Part shown: one piece after another, positions 63,857 through 64,000 of the stretch | Numbering within the stretch: the stretch's first letter is position 1 | How the letters are laid out: every line of letters starts with the position of its first letter | Assembly (NCBI GenBank): GCA_034428795.1 | Contig: DAOUHF010000146.1 | Span: 7,197 to 71,196 of the forward strand | Source: Dehalococcoidia bacterium | GTDB lineage: Bacteria; Chloroflexota; Dehalococcoidia; Lucifugimonadales; UBA3495 | Length of the DNA stretch: 64,000 nt | Reading direction: 5' to 3' | Notes under the pieces: model-generated | Seen by the model: only the letters and a program-made list of their open reading frames with translations | Database searches by the model: none | What the model was told of the DNA's origin: nothing | Made by a program: the position numbers and the translations under genes

Positions 63857-64000
63857 TCCCAGGGCCTGGATGACGTCTGCCGACTGGACCACCTCGGCTT
63901 GGCGGGGGAATATTCTGCCGGTGAGGAAGTCGTGGACCTCCGGGTCCGAGTCAGAGCAGCAGTCCTCCACTACGAACAGGTTGAAGTCGAGGTCTGACGC
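63851..64000 (-). CDS. 3' end of an isochorismatase/cysteine-hydrolase-family gene (partial, continues right of the window)
   Basis: The minus strand is open from the window edge and reads ASDLDFNLFVVEDCCSDSDPEVHDFLTGRIFPRQAEVVQSADVIQALGG*. The V.EDCC.S......H pattern is typical of the C-terminus of this family. Confidence 0.5.
   Translation of the reverse strand, partial: ASDLDFNLFVVEDCCSDSDPEVHDFLTGRIFPRQAEVVQSADVIQALGG

Overview
High-GC bacterial chromosomal segment that is almost fully coding. No rRNA, tRNA or CRISPR array was recognised.

Housekeeping backbone:
- gyrB-rpsT-lexA
- the truB-rbfA-infB-ylxR-nusA block (minus strand)
- a CysM-like / MoeB-like sulfur pair with an Rrf2 regulator
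- ychF, comM/yifB, thiE, polA, folB, rpmB, rpe-argH, uvrC, a XerC/D recombinase, queG, an orphan groEL, folK-folP, an acyl-CoA carboxyltransferase and rarA

Lineage guess: the gene families present (translin, DUF5679, the DUF3090/SCO1664 pair, LLM/F420-type oxidoreductases, UbiA-type DPPR synthase, a PaREP1-like protein) suggest a Chloroflexota-like lineage. This is inference only.

Accessory or unusual content worth a second look:
1. Decayed defence-island debris at the left edge: an SNF2 helicase tail, an HsdR-like N-terminal relic, a membrane-anchored zinc-ribbon GIY-YIG protein and a chimeric ORF. It lies next to a single 1750-aa ORF that chains several glycosyltransferase-like modules with a Hanks-kinase-like module (HRD replaced by CRN) and a SAM-methyltransferase module.
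2. A low-GC two-gene ABC-type ATPase plus HNH-like module resembling Septu PtuA/PtuB (24299-26221).
3. Toxin-antitoxin-like pairs: DUF433/DUF5615, Phd/VapC, an orphan RHH antitoxin and an unknown+HEPN pair.
4. A leader-like repeat of about 85 bp in two inverted copies, plus a third site that lacks the core.
5. Unannotated small features: a 46-aa DUF5679-type zinc-ribbon gene with a long structured leader, and a truncated aspartic-protease paralog.
6. A terminator-containing leader in front of moeB-cysM.
7. Iteron-like 24-bp repeats abutting the polA -10 box.
8. A frameshifted LLM oxidoreductase and a rearranged argH 5' end.

All functional calls come from motif recognition by eye. No database search was run.
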